A DNA stretch of 64,000 bases, from assembly GCA_963779415.1 (NCBI GenBank), contig CAVZYA010000001.1, positions 352,001 to 416,000 of the forward strand, read 5' to 3'. The position numbers and the translations under genes are program-made. Of this stretch, positions 49,569 to 58,860 are shown one piece after another (position 1 is the stretch's first letter; each line of letters opens with the position of its first letter). The stretch comes from an uncultured Acidobacteriota bacterium. GTDB taxonomy: Bacteria > Acidobacteriota > Thermoanaerobaculia > UBA5066. Under the pieces are notes generated by a model that was not told where the DNA came from, did not search any database, and was given only the letters and a program-made list of their open reading frames with translations.

Positions 49569-51272
49569 TCAAAGCGTCTTCCTGAGGGTGGCGAAGACCC
49601 GGGTCGACTCCAGCTCGCGAACTTCCTGGCTGCCGGAGGACGATTCATACCCTCCGAGGCGTATCTCCACAATGTGGGCGCCGACCGCGAGCGGCTTTCT
49701 GAGCGGAGTCCTCCCCGAGACGGCGCCATCGATCAGGACTTCGGCGCCGGATGGCTGGGAGCCGACGTCGAGGATCCCCCACGGGGGGAAGTTGACGCGG
49801 ACGGAAGAGGGGCCTCCGGGTCGGACCTCGAAGCTCTCACTCTTCTTCATGTAACCCGGAACCTCGAAGACGGCCGTGTAGCGACCCGTCTTCAGGGCGA
49901 CCCGGACCGGGGACGGGAGGCCGCGATGGACCTTGCCGTCCACCGAGAGGAGGGCGTTCGCGTTCGATTCGAAAGTGATCGTGAGCGAGACGGGCGCCGC
50001 ATCCGACACGGTTTCGGGCGCGGCCACCGCCGGCACCGGGGGCGGGACGGCCGTGGGGACCGGGGCGGCGGTGGGCGGGGGAGATGGAGCCGCCGCCGAG
50101 ACCGGTGTCGGTGGGGGCGGAGTGGGCACGGGCGTCGGCTCGCTTCCGCCGCGGCTCCGGTACGCGAACCAGCCGCCCCCGGCCACGACGAGAAGGAGAG
50201 CGGCGAAAGCGAAGAGCCGGAGTGCGCCGCGCCGCTCGTGCACCGGCGTTGCGATCGGCTCGGAAGCAGGCTCCGCGCGGAGGCGGACGTCGGCAACCGT
50301 CGTCGGTCGGGAGATGGCGGGGGAGGAGGGCTCCGGAACGGACGCCGGCGGGCGCGAGAGCCCTTCCACGGGGGTCGGTTTCGTCGGCTCGGCATCCGCG
50401 TCGTCGGGCCCGGTGGCGAGAACCGGACGGCGACCGGCGGGGAGCGTCGGGACGTCGTCGGCAATCTGCTTCAGGGCCGACGCGAGGTCGGACTTCATCT
50501 CCGAGCAGGTCGCGTACCGGTTCGCGCGGTCCTTTTCGAGGGCGCGCAGGACCGCGCGGTCGAGGGCGGGCGGGATCTGCGGATCCAGCTCGCACGGACG
50601 CGGAGGCGTCTCGTTCATGATCTTGTAGAGGACGGTCGAGATGTGGTCGCCGCCGAAGGGCTTCTGGCCGGCGAAGATCTCGTAGGCGACGACACCGAGG
50701 GAGAAGAGGTCGGTCCTCGCGTCGAGCGTCTCGCCCCGGATCTGCTCCGGAGCGAGATAGGAGGCGGTGCCGAGCGTGATCCCCGTCTGCGTCAGCGTGG
50801 AGGGGGAGATCATCGACTTCGCGATGCCGAAGTCCATGATCTTCACGGTTCCGTCGTCCAGAATCCGGATGTTCGAGGGCTTGATGTCGCGATGGATGAT
50901 CCCGGCGGCGTGCGCGTAGCCGAGCCCCTCGCAGACGTCCAGGAGGATCCGGACCTTCCGGTTGAGGGAGAGAAGGACCTTTCTCTTGAGGAGGCGGTCG
51001 AGGTCCTCGCCCGTGAGGAACTCCTGCACGATGTACGGGGTCCCGTCCTCCGTCACGCCGAAGTCGTAGATCGTCGTGATGTTCGGGTGGTGCAGGTTTC
51101 CCGCGAACTCGGCCTCGCGGAAGAAGCGCTTCTTGATCTCTTCTTCGTCGCTCTGGCAGGTCTTGATGGCGACGAGACGCTTGATGAAGGGGTCGCGGCC
51201 CTTGTAGACGGTCCCGAAACCGCCGACGCCGACTCTTTCGACGATCTCGTACTTGCCGACCTTCGTCAGCAT
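49569..51272 (-). CDS. Ser/Thr protein kinase with TM helix and PEGA domain(s)
   Basis: VGVGGFGTVY, HRDIKPSN, DFG, YLAPE; SQPSGAEVLIDG..GRTPL. Confidence 0.92.
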   Translation of the reverse strand: MLTKVGKYEIVERVGVGGFGTVYKGRDPFIKRLVAIKTCQSDEEEIKKRFFREAEFAGNLHHPNITTIYDFGVTEDGTPYIVQEFLTGEDLDRLLKRKVLLSLNRKVRILLDVCEGLGYAHAAGIIHRDIKPSNIRILDDGTVKIMDFGIAKSMISPSTLTQTGITLGTASYLAPEQIRGETLDARTDLFSLGVVAYEIFAGQKPFGGDHISTVLYKIMNETPPRPCELDPQIPPALDRAVLRALEKDRANRYATCSEMKSDLASALKQIADDVPTLPAGRRPVLATGPDDADAEPTKPTPVEGLSRPPASVPEPSSPAISRPTTVADVRLRAEPASEPIATPVHERRGALRLFAFAALLLVVAGGGWFAYRSRGGSEPTPVPTPPPPTPVSAAAPSPPPTAAPVPTAVPPPVPAVAAPETVSDAAPVSLTITFESNANALLSVDGKVHRGLPSPVRVALKTGRYTAVFEVPGYMKKSESFEVRPGGPSSVRVNFPPWGILDVGSQPSGAEVLIDGAVSGRTPLRKPLAVGAHIVEIRLGGYESSSGSQEVRELESTRVFATLRKTL

Positions 51273-51312
51273 GACGGCCCGGGACGTTACCACCCTTCGC
51301 TATCATCCGAGC

Positions 51313-51987
51313 ATGCCGCGAAAGCGTCCGAAGATCGTCGTCGCCGTGACCGCGGCCGTCTTCGCCGCCGCCTGTCGTCGCGAGGCCACGCCCGCGGCCG
51401 AGCCGGCTCCGGTGCCGCGCGCGCCCGAGGCGTCGCGCCCCACGTACCGGGCCCCCGCGGACGGAAGGGTGACGAAGGCGCAGGTCGAGGCGTACCTCGG
51501 CGTCCTGGAGAAGGTGAAGCTCGACCGGAGCCGGAAGCCCTCGGGGAGCATCCTCGTCCCGGGCGACCCGCTCAACATGGAGTCGAGTGATGTCGCGGCG
51601 GCGCGCGAGAGAGGCTGGAACGTCGCGGAGTACCTCTGGGTGCGCGAGCGCGTCCTCGAGGCGGAGGCCGTCGGCCTCGGCGACCGGCTGATGGCCTCGC
51701 ATCTCGCCATGCTGGAAAGGACTCTCGCCGAGCTCCGGACACGCCGGGCCTCCGCGCCGGACGAGGGCTCCAGGAAGCTCCTCGGCGAGCAGATCGCGAA
51801 TTTCGAGACCGAGGCGAACCGGACGCGCCGGGAGTCGCGCGAACGGGATCCGGAAAACGTCCGCGCGAACCTGAAGACGATCGAGCCGCTGCTCGCTCGG
51901 CTCGAGGCGGCGGGAGACGTCCTCGATCAGCCCCTCCCGCGGGGGGCGGCGCCGGTACGCAGCCCCACGCCGGCTCCGTCCCGATGA
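51313..51987 (+). CDS. Hypothetical lipoprotein
   Basis: Lipobox FAAAC after basic/hydrophobic leader; coiled-coil C-terminus. Confidence 0.65.
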   Translation: MPRKRPKIVVAVTAAVFAAACRREATPAAEPAPVPRAPEASRPTYRAPADGRVTKAQVEAYLGVLEKVKLDRSRKPSGSILVPGDPLNMESSDVAAARERGWNVAEYLWVRERVLEAEAVGLGDRLMASHLAMLERTLAELRTRRASAPDEGSRKLLGEQIANFETEANRTRRESRERDPENVRANLKTIEPLLARLEAAGDVLDQPLPRGAAPVRSPTPAPSR

Positions 51988-52024
51988 TTCCCCTCTGACG
52001 CCTCCGCCCCTTCCGGGCCGGCTC

Positions 52025-54112
52025 CTACCAGACGAGTGCGCCGAGGAGGCTGCTCCGATCGTCGGTCCAGAGGGAGACCTTCCGCCCGTGGTCCGTGAGC
52101 GGGACGGCGGCTCCGGCGATCCCCGGACGCGCGAGGACGTCGGCCCGGCGGCTCATCAGGACCCAGACGCTTCGCCGGTTGGCATGGCCGGGGGGATCCG
52201 CGTCGACTTCGACGGCGGCAAGGCCGGAGTTCCGCGCGGCGGCGAGGAGGACGGGCTGGAGGCGGACGTGTCGGTTCGAGACGTGGAAGGCGAGGATCCC
52301 GTCGTCGTCGCGAAGATGTGCGAGGTAGACGGCCATAGCCTCGGCGGTGAGGAGATGGACCGGCACGGCGTCGCTCGAGAAGGCATCAAGGGCGAGGATG
52401 TCGAATCGTCCGGGCTCCCCACGCGCAAGCTCGCGCTCGAGTGAGAGGCGCGCGTCTCCTTCGACCACGTCGACCCTCCCCGGGGCGTCGGCAAGGAAGG
52501 AGAACGTCGGGTCGACACCCCTCGAGAGCGCCACGACGTCGGGGTTGATCTCGTAGAACCGGATCGCATCCGCGGCCGTGGTGTAGGCCGCGAGCGTCCC
52601 GACGCCGAGCCCGACCACGCCGATCCGGAGAGGCTCGCCGGCCGCCCGGCGCGGGTGGCTCCGGATCGCCCGGCCGACGCCGCTCTCTTCGCCGTAATAC
52701 GCCGTCGGCTGTCGGCGCTTCCCGGGCTCCAGGTACTGGAAGCCGTGCTGTATCCGGCCGTGCGTGAGACTCCGGAGGTGCCACGATGGGTCGCCAGGCA
52801 GCTCCTCCCGGACGCGGAGGACGCCGTAGAAGCTCCGCGAGGTCATGACGGCGCTCTCGAGTCCCTGCTTTATCGGAAGGACGAAGGCCAGAGCGAGGGC
52901 GAGCCAGAGAGCTCCGGCCACGGCGAGAACGGCGAGACTCCGCGCGACCTGCGTCTTCGGGTCTCGCGCCAGGACGACGACCAGAAGCGCGCCGCAGAGA
53001 AGCAGCCCCAGAGGGTATTCCCAGTACCCCTTGAAGAGGAGCGGCGCGAGGACCCCGACGAAGAGGCCTCCGAGCGCGCCCCCCGCCGCGACCGTCAGAT
53101 AGAAGCCGGTGAGGCGGGACGGGTCCGGGCGGAGGCGGTAGAGCTCGCCGTGGCAGACGAGGCATCCCGAGAAGAGCGTCACGGCGAACGCGGCGACCTG
53201 CAACGGCGTCCGAAGGCGGGCGGCCTCCCGGAGAACGACCAGGAGAGGGATGAGGGAGAGGACGAAGAGGAAGGAAGCGATCGGACGCCACGGAACGCGG
53301 GGAAGGTCGAAACAGAGGACGAACGAGAGAAGGTAGAGGGCGAGCGGGAGAACCCAGAGGAAGGGAACCACCGCGACCTCCTGGCACATCTGGTTCGTCG
53401 TCGCCATCAGGAGAATCGAGCCGCAGGCCGAAAGAGCGAGCCAGAGGAAGCGACGGCTCGGCGGCGGCGGATCTTCTTCTTTCACGGCTTCGAGGGGCGG
53501 CGCCGAAGAGTCCCGGGCCTGACGAGACGCCGTGATCGAGAGGGCCGCTGCCGCGACGAGGAAGAGAACCGACCAGGCCCAGTCCTGGGCGCGGAGGCTC
53601 AGCGCGGGCTCGATCACGAATGGGTAGGCGAGGAGGGCGAGAAGCGACCCGAGGTTGGAAAGCGCATAGAGCCGCCAGACGCGGTCCGGCGCCGGGAGCC
53701 GCGCGGCCCACGACTGGAGGAGAGGCCCGGTCGCTGCGAGAAGGAAATAGGGAAGGCCGACGCTCACGGCGAGGAGAGCGAGGATCCGGAGCGACGGGGC
53801 GCCGCTTCCGACCGGCTCGAACCGGCGCGGAGGGGCGAGCGGGGTCCCGAAAGAGAGGGCGAAGAGAGCGATCTGGAGGAGCGCGAGGAGAAGGAGCGCC
53901 GTGTGGATGCGCCGCTGCGCTCGGGGAGAAAGGCGGGCGAGGCGGTCGGCGTAGAGGTAACCGGCGAAGAGAAGGGCCTGGAAGAAGAGGAGGCAGGTGG
54001 TCCAGACCGCCGGGGTGCCGCCGAACCAGGGGAGAAGATGGCGACCGACGATCGGCTGGAGCTGGAACAGGAGAAACGCCGAAAGGAAGATCGCGAGGGC
54101 GTAAAGAGCCAT
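52025..54112 (-). CDS. Fused membrane domain / spermidine synthase-like SAM-binding protein
   Basis: FLLFQLQP, YALSNLGS, HG..HG.Q, VGLGVGT, EINP, GDAR, DAFSSD. Confidence 0.88.
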   Translation of the reverse strand: MALYALAIFLSAFLLFQLQPIVGRHLLPWFGGTPAVWTTCLLFFQALLFAGYLYADRLARLSPRAQRRIHTALLLLALLQIALFALSFGTPLAPPRRFEPVGSGAPSLRILALLAVSVGLPYFLLAATGPLLQSWAARLPAPDRVWRLYALSNLGSLLALLAYPFVIEPALSLRAQDWAWSVLFLVAAAALSITASRQARDSSAPPLEAVKEEDPPPPSRRFLWLALSACGSILLMATTNQMCQEVAVVPFLWVLPLALYLLSFVLCFDLPRVPWRPIASFLFVLSLIPLLVVLREAARLRTPLQVAAFAVTLFSGCLVCHGELYRLRPDPSRLTGFYLTVAAGGALGGLFVGVLAPLLFKGYWEYPLGLLLCGALLVVVLARDPKTQVARSLAVLAVAGALWLALALAFVLPIKQGLESAVMTSRSFYGVLRVREELPGDPSWHLRSLTHGRIQHGFQYLEPGKRRQPTAYYGEESGVGRAIRSHPRRAAGEPLRIGVVGLGVGTLAAYTTAADAIRFYEINPDVVALSRGVDPTFSFLADAPGRVDVVEGDARLSLERELARGEPGRFDILALDAFSSDAVPVHLLTAEAMAVYLAHLRDDDGILAFHVSNRHVRLQPVLLAAARNSGLAAVEVDADPPGHANRRSVWVLMSRRADVLARPGIAGAAVPLTDHGRKVSLWTDDRSSLLGALVW

Positions 54113-54155
54113 CGGCGAGACTACGATACAGGCTGGAGCCGTGAGGGAGGATCCG

Positions 54156-54658
54156 ATGAGGATGATCGACCCCCTGCTGATGGAGTTCGACCGCGAGGCG
54201 GGAACGACGCGGAAGCTCCTGGAGCGATGCCCCGACGGAAAGCTGGGGTGGCAGCCACACGCGAAGTCGAGGAGCCTCGGGAAGCTGGCCCAGCACCTCG
54301 CGACGATCCCGGCCCTCGTCGGAATGTCGGTTCTGAAGAGTGGCCTCGACCTCGCGGCCGCTCCTCCCGTCCCCCCGTCCCCGCGACGACCGCCGAGATC
54401 GTGAAGAGCTTCGAGGCGGCCTGCGCCGCAGCGAAGGGGGCGATGGCAAGGCTGGACGACACGATGGCGATGGAAACCTGGACGTTCTCGTATGGTCCGA
54501 AGACGCTCCTGGCGATGCCGCGGATCGCGTTTCTTCGGACGATCCTCCTCAACCACTCGTACCATCACCGTGGACAGCTCTCGGTCTACCTCCGGCTCCT
54601 CGACGTTCCCGTCCCGTCCGTCTACGGGCCGAGCGCGGACGAGAACCCGTTCGGCTGA
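54156..54658 (+). CDS. DinB family protein; frameshift near 54370-54390
   Basis: GGGAGG RBS; WQPHAKSRSLG.LA.H; HSYHHRGQL.VYLR, YGPSADE. Confidence 0.85.
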
Positions 54659-54727
54659 AGTCAGCGAGCCGGGGAAGAAAGGGGTGGCGGCATTTCTCGG
54701 AAGACGCTCAGCAACGTTCACGGAGCG

Positions 54728-55492
54728 CTGATCCCGGAGCCTCTCGACCCGGCCCTTCCGCGCCGGATCGAGAGCTGGGAAAGCACCGCTCTCGGCGAGC
54801 CCGCCTCGATCGCGTTCTACGGGATCTCGGGGCGGGCGGTCCTTCTCTTTCCTTCCGACACGGGAGATCATCTCGAGGCCGAGGACTCCGGGCTCGTCAA
54901 GGCGATCGAGCCGGTTCTCCAAACCGGGCGCCTCCGCGCCGTCGCCGTCGACACGATCAATCGCCGAGCCTGGGCGAACACCGACATCGAGATCGCCGAG
55001 CAGGCGCGCCAGCAGGCGCTCTATGCAACGTTCCTCGAGGAGGAGGTCGTGCCCCGAGTCCGTGCCGGACCGGGGGAAGCCGAAGTCCGGATCGCCGTGG
55101 CGGGAGCCAGCTTCGGCGCCTTCCACGCCGCGAACGCCTTCTTCCGGCGCCCTGACCTCTTCGACGCTCTCATCGCGATGAGCGGCTTTTTCGACCTCGC
55201 GCCGAACTTTCTCCGGGGCTACACCGACGACAACTGCTACTACAACAATCCCGCGTGGTACCTGCCGCGCCTCGAGGGGAAATACCTCGACCTCCTGCGC
55301 GACACGACGGCGATCTACCTCGTCACGGGGCGCGGCCCGTACGAGATGCCGGACGCCTCCTTCGGCCTCTCGTCCATCCTGAGCTCGAAGGGAATTCCCC
55401 ACACCCTCGACATCTGGGGGACGGACGTGACCCACGAGCCGGTCTGGTGGCGGAAGATGCTCTCCCACGCCGTCGAGAAGCTGGGGTGGTAG
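54728..55492 (+). CDS. Putative esterase (alpha/beta hydrolase); start uncertain, possibly CTG
   Basis: GASFG nucleophile, MSGFFD, YYNNP, THE..WW; frame open and homologous-looking well upstream of GTG 55049. Confidence 0.75.
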   Translation: MIPEPLDPALPRRIESWESTALGEPASIAFYGISGRAVLLFPSDTGDHLEAEDSGLVKAIEPVLQTGRLRAVAVDTINRRAWANTDIEIAEQARQQALYATFLEEEVVPRVRAGPGEAEVRIAVAGASFGAFHAANAFFRRPDLFDALIAMSGFFDLAPNFLRGYTDDNCYYNNPAWYLPRLEGKYLDLLRDTTAIYLVTGRGPYEMPDASFGLSSILSSKGIPHTLDIWGTDVTHEPVWWRKMLSHAVEKLGW

Positions 55493-55505
55493 GGACGGCT
55501 CTCCG

Positions 55506-56654
55506 TCAGCCCCGCCAGGAGTCGTGGTACGCCGGGTCTTCGAGGGCGAGAGCTTCGGGGGTGAGCCTCAGCGGGAGGAAGGTGTCCATCATGACCGCCA
55601 GCTCGTCGGTCGAGCGGCCGCCGATCGACTTCTCGTAGGCCCCCGGGTGCGGGCCGTGCGGGACGCCCGCGGGGTGGAGCGAAACGGCCTTCGGCCCGAT
55701 GCCGCGGCGGCTCGTGAAGTTTCCCCGGACGTAGTAGATGACCTCGTCGCAGTCGACGGAGGTGTGCGGGTAGGGACAGGGGATCGCGTCGGGATGCGTG
55801 TCGGTGACGCGCGGGACGAAAGAACAGATCAGGGCGCCACGCCCGGCGAACGTGGAGTGGACCGTCGGCGGGAGGTGGACGAGCCCCGTCCGCGGCTGAT
55901 AGGAGAGGATCGGGAAGGCGAAGGGCCAGACGGTTCCGTCCCAGCCGACGACGTCGAAGGGGGAGGCGGCGGGGAAGCGCTCGACGAACGAGTCGTCCTT
56001 CTTCACGACGATCCGCCTCGGGCCGGGGCGCGCCCCGCGGAACTCCGGCCTCACGAAGTCGCGGTGCGTGTAAGGCGCGTCCATCCGGAGCTGGCCGACC
56101 GGGTTGCGGAACTCCCGCGGAATGTGCAGGCCGCCGCGAAGCTCGAAGAGGATCCCTTCGAAGGGGGAATGAATCCGGAATCGACGGATGACGCCCCTCG
56201 GGACGAGGACGTAATCGCCGGGGCGGATCGGGAGATCGCCGAAAGGGGACTCGAGGGTTCCCTCACCTTCTAAGAAGAAGAACAATTCGTCTCCGTCCCC
56301 GTTGCAGAAGCCGTCCTCGGTCGTCGCTTCCTTCGGGAGCCGGAAGAGCGAAACCGCGACGTCGTCGTTCGTCAGGAGGGGCGTGAAGCCCTCGGGAGCC
56401 TTCCCGCCGAGGAGGAGCCGCCGGCGGAGCGGCCGCCGGGGCCCTTCGCGGGCCGGCTTGATGTCGAAGCGGCCGGCCTCGCAGGGTCCGATCCGGTCGT
56501 CGGTCATCGGCGGCCCCTCGTGGTAGAGGATCGAGAACTCGCCGTCGAACCCCTTCCGCGTGAGGCACTCCTCGAAGCGGAGCTTTCCCTCCGGGGAGCG
56601 GAAGGCGGTGTGGGGCTTGGCGGGAAGCTGGCCCGCCGCCATCCGGTCGATCAA
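55506..56654 (-). CDS. hmgA: Homogentisate 1,2-dioxygenase
   Basis: NGDGDEL, DVVGWDG, HLPPTVH, CSFVPR, LHP.G.PHGP; downstream of hppD. Confidence 0.9.
   Translation of the reverse strand: MIDRMAAGQLPAKPHTAFRSPEGKLRFEECLTRKGFDGEFSILYHEGPPMTDDRIGPCEAGRFDIKPAREGPRRPLRRRLLLGGKAPEGFTPLLTNDDVAVSLFRLPKEATTEDGFCNGDGDELFFFLEGEGTLESPFGDLPIRPGDYVLVPRGVIRRFRIHSPFEGILFELRGGLHIPREFRNPVGQLRMDAPYTHRDFVRPEFRGARPGPRRIVVKKDDSFVERFPAASPFDVVGWDGTVWPFAFPILSYQPRTGLVHLPPTVHSTFAGRGALICSFVPRVTDTHPDAIPCPYPHTSVDCDEVIYYVRGNFTSRRGIGPKAVSLHPAGVPHGPHPGAYEKSIGGRSTDELAVMMDTFLPLRLTPEALALEDPAYHDSWRG
56261..56280 (-). repeat. Intragenic AT-rich motif copy (CTTCTTCTTAGAAGGTGAGG)
   Basis: Near-identical to copies at 15111, 24073, 41816. 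Confidence 0.7.
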
Positions 56655-57811
56655 CCGACCACCTCCAGCGCGCTCGAGGTGCGCTGGCTCGACTCGATCG
56701 ACTCGAAGAGGGCGCGGAAGTTCCCGTAGCCGAACCCCTTGTCCCCCTCTCGCTGGATGATCTCGTAGAAGAACGGCCCGGCCTTCTCGTCTCCGTACAT
56801 CGCCTGCGCGTCCTGCATGAAGATCTGGAGCATGTATTTGTCGTCGGCGCCGTCGACGAGGATGTGGTTCTTCCGGAGCGCTTCCAGCGGCTCCTTCACG
56901 TTTCCGACCTTCACCTCCGAGAGGCGCTGCGGCAGCCGGTCGTAATAGAGGCCGGGAGCGGGGAGGAAGCGGACGCCGCTCGTCCGGAGCGCCTCGACGG
57001 CCGGGAGGATCTCCTTCACGTGAAAGGCGACGTGCTGGACGCCGGCGCCGTGGTGGTCCTCGCAGAAGCGGTTGATCTGGCTGTCGCGGAAGAAGGGGCG
57101 CATCGGCTCGTTCGTCGCGAACTTGATCCCGCTTTCCGGGTCGGCCATGACGATGGAGCGGAGGCCCGAGCCGGTCATCCTCTTTCCGCCGTCGACGTCG
57201 GCCGTGTGGAACTCGACGTCCCAGTAATGCGAAAAACCGAGGACGTCGCGGTACCAGTGGACGACCGGAAGCATCGTGTAGGCGTTCGAGGTGACGTGGT
57301 CGATCGTCGCGAAGCCGTGACGGTTCTCCGCCGTCTTCCCGTCCCCGACCCGGTCGAAGTCGGGGGCGAAGCGAGGGTAGCTTCCGTCGCGCTCGATGAA
57401 CCGAAATGTCACGTCGTCGAGCGGCGTCGCGATCGAGAAGGTCCGGAACCGCCCGCCCTCCTCCTCGTCGGTCTGGATGTCCGAGAGGAAGGTCCCTCCC
57501 CGCTTCTCGAGAAAGGCCCATGCGGCGTCGACGTTCTTGACGCGGAAGGCGAGGGAAGAGATGCCGTCCGGGTGGATCCGGAGATACCGGGCCGCGCGGG
57601 ACTCCTTCCGGGCGGAGGTGGAGACGAGGACCCGGATCTGACCGGCTCCGAAGACGGCGGCCTCCTCGCCCCCTTTCCTGACCTTCGCCGCGGAGGCGCG
57701 GGCCAGCTCGGTGAAGCCGAGCGCCTCGACGTAGAAACGGCGGCTCCTGCCGAGGTCGTTCACGATGAAGTGGAAGGAGTCGTATCCAACGATGCCCAGC
57801 GAATCGGCCAT
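56651..57811 (-). CDS. hppD: 4-hydroxyphenylpyruvate dioxygenase
   Basis: IDHV, GVQHVA, LQIF, FFYEIIQR, GFGYGNFRALF. Confidence 0.93.
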   Translation of the reverse strand: MADSLGIVGYDSFHFIVNDLGRSRRFYVEALGFTELARASAAKVRKGGEEAAVFGAGQIRVLVSTSARKESRAARYLRIHPDGISSLAFRVKNVDAAWAFLEKRGGTFLSDIQTDEEEGGRFRTFSIATPLDDVTFRFIERDGSYPRFAPDFDRVGDGKTAENRHGFATIDHVTSNAYTMLPVVHWYRDVLGFSHYWDVEFHTADVDGGKRMTGSGLRSIVMADPESGIKFATNEPMRPFFRDSQINRFCEDHHGAGVQHVAFHVKEILPAVEALRTSGVRFLPAPGLYYDRLPQRLSEVKVGNVKEPLEALRKNHILVDGADDKYMLQIFMQDAQAMYGDEKAGPFFYEIIQREGDKGFGYGNFRALFESIESSQRTSSALEVVG

Positions 57812-57886
57812 GACCTGAGTTTAGACCGTGTCTCATCGACGGGGAACCGGTCAGGTCCGCAACGCGGCGCGGGTCCGCTCCGTACA

Positions 57887-58825
57887 ATGGAGCGGTTGAA
57901 AGGAACCTCTCCTACCAGACCACCGGCCGGTGACTTTTTCGTCCGACACCTTCCACTCTTTCTCGATTACCTCGCCGTCGAGAAGGGGCTGGCGAAGAAC
58001 TCCCTCGAAGGGTATCGCCGCGACCTCTCGGCCTTCGGAGAGCATCTCGCCGACCGGCGTCTGAAGACGAAGGACGTCACCCGCGGGGAGATCGTCTCTT
58101 TCTTCGGAACTCGCCGCGCCGCCGGGGCCTCGCCCCGGAGCCTCGCCCGTGCCACTTCGGCGCTGCGTGGCTTCTTCAAGTTCCTGGTTTCCGAGGAAAT
58201 TCTTCCGTCCGACCCGACGTCCGACCTCGCGAACCCGCGCCGGTGGGCCGTCCTCCCGAAGTTCCTTTCCGCCGACGAAGTGACGAAGCTCCTCGACGCG
58301 CCCGACGCCGAGACGCCGAAGGGGCTTCGGAACCGGGCGATGTTCGAGCTTCTCTACGCCTGCGGCCTCAGGGTCTCGGAGCTGGCTTCTCTTCGAGTCG
58401 AGAACCTGCGCCTTCCGGACGGCTTCGTCATCGTCCGGGGCAAGGGGTCGAAGGAGCGGGTCGTCCCGATCGCGGACGTCTCCGCCCGGTGGGTGGAGCG
58501 GTACCAGAAGACGGTCCGGGCGAAGAAGCGGGGCGCGGCTTCCTCCCCGTGGCTCTTCCCGGGGGCGAAGGGAAGGCCCGTGACGAGGCAGACGGTCTTT
58601 CTGGCGCTGAAGGCTGCGGCCCGTGCGGCCGGGCTTCCGCCGGCCTCGGTCTCGCCGCACGTCCTCCGGCACGCCTTCGCGACGCACCTCGTCGACAACG
58701 ACGCGGACCTGCGCGCCGTCCAGATGATGCTCGGGCACGCCGACATCGCGACGACGGAGATCTACACGCACGTCTCCCGGGCCCGGATCCGCCGCGTCTA
58801 CGACCGGACGCATCCCCGCGCCTGA
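57887..58825 (+). CDS. xerD: Site-specific tyrosine recombinase XerD (alternative leaderless TTG start 57896)
   Basis: EKGLAKNS..YRRDL, LYACGLRVSE, GKGSKER, HVLRHAFATH, LGHADI.TTEIY. Confidence 0.9.
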   Translation: MERLKGTSPTRPPAGDFFVRHLPLFLDYLAVEKGLAKNSLEGYRRDLSAFGEHLADRRLKTKDVTRGEIVSFFGTRRAAGASPRSLARATSALRGFFKFLVSEEILPSDPTSDLANPRRWAVLPKFLSADEVTKLLDAPDAETPKGLRNRAMFELLYACGLRVSELASLRVENLRLPDGFVIVRGKGSKERVVPIADVSARWVERYQKTVRAKKRGAASSPWLFPGAKGRPVTRQTVFLALKAAARAAGLPPASVSPHVLRHAFATHLVDNDADLRAVQMMLGHADIATTEIYTHVSRARIRRVYDRTHPRA

Positions 58826-58860
58826 CGTCCGGGTTCCGCTATAGTCGGCCGGCCCGACCG

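Noticed and set aside
57887-58825. Tyrosine recombinase as an integrase of a mobile element
   Set aside because: Sequence fits housekeeping XerD; no att sites, tRNA or cargo nearby
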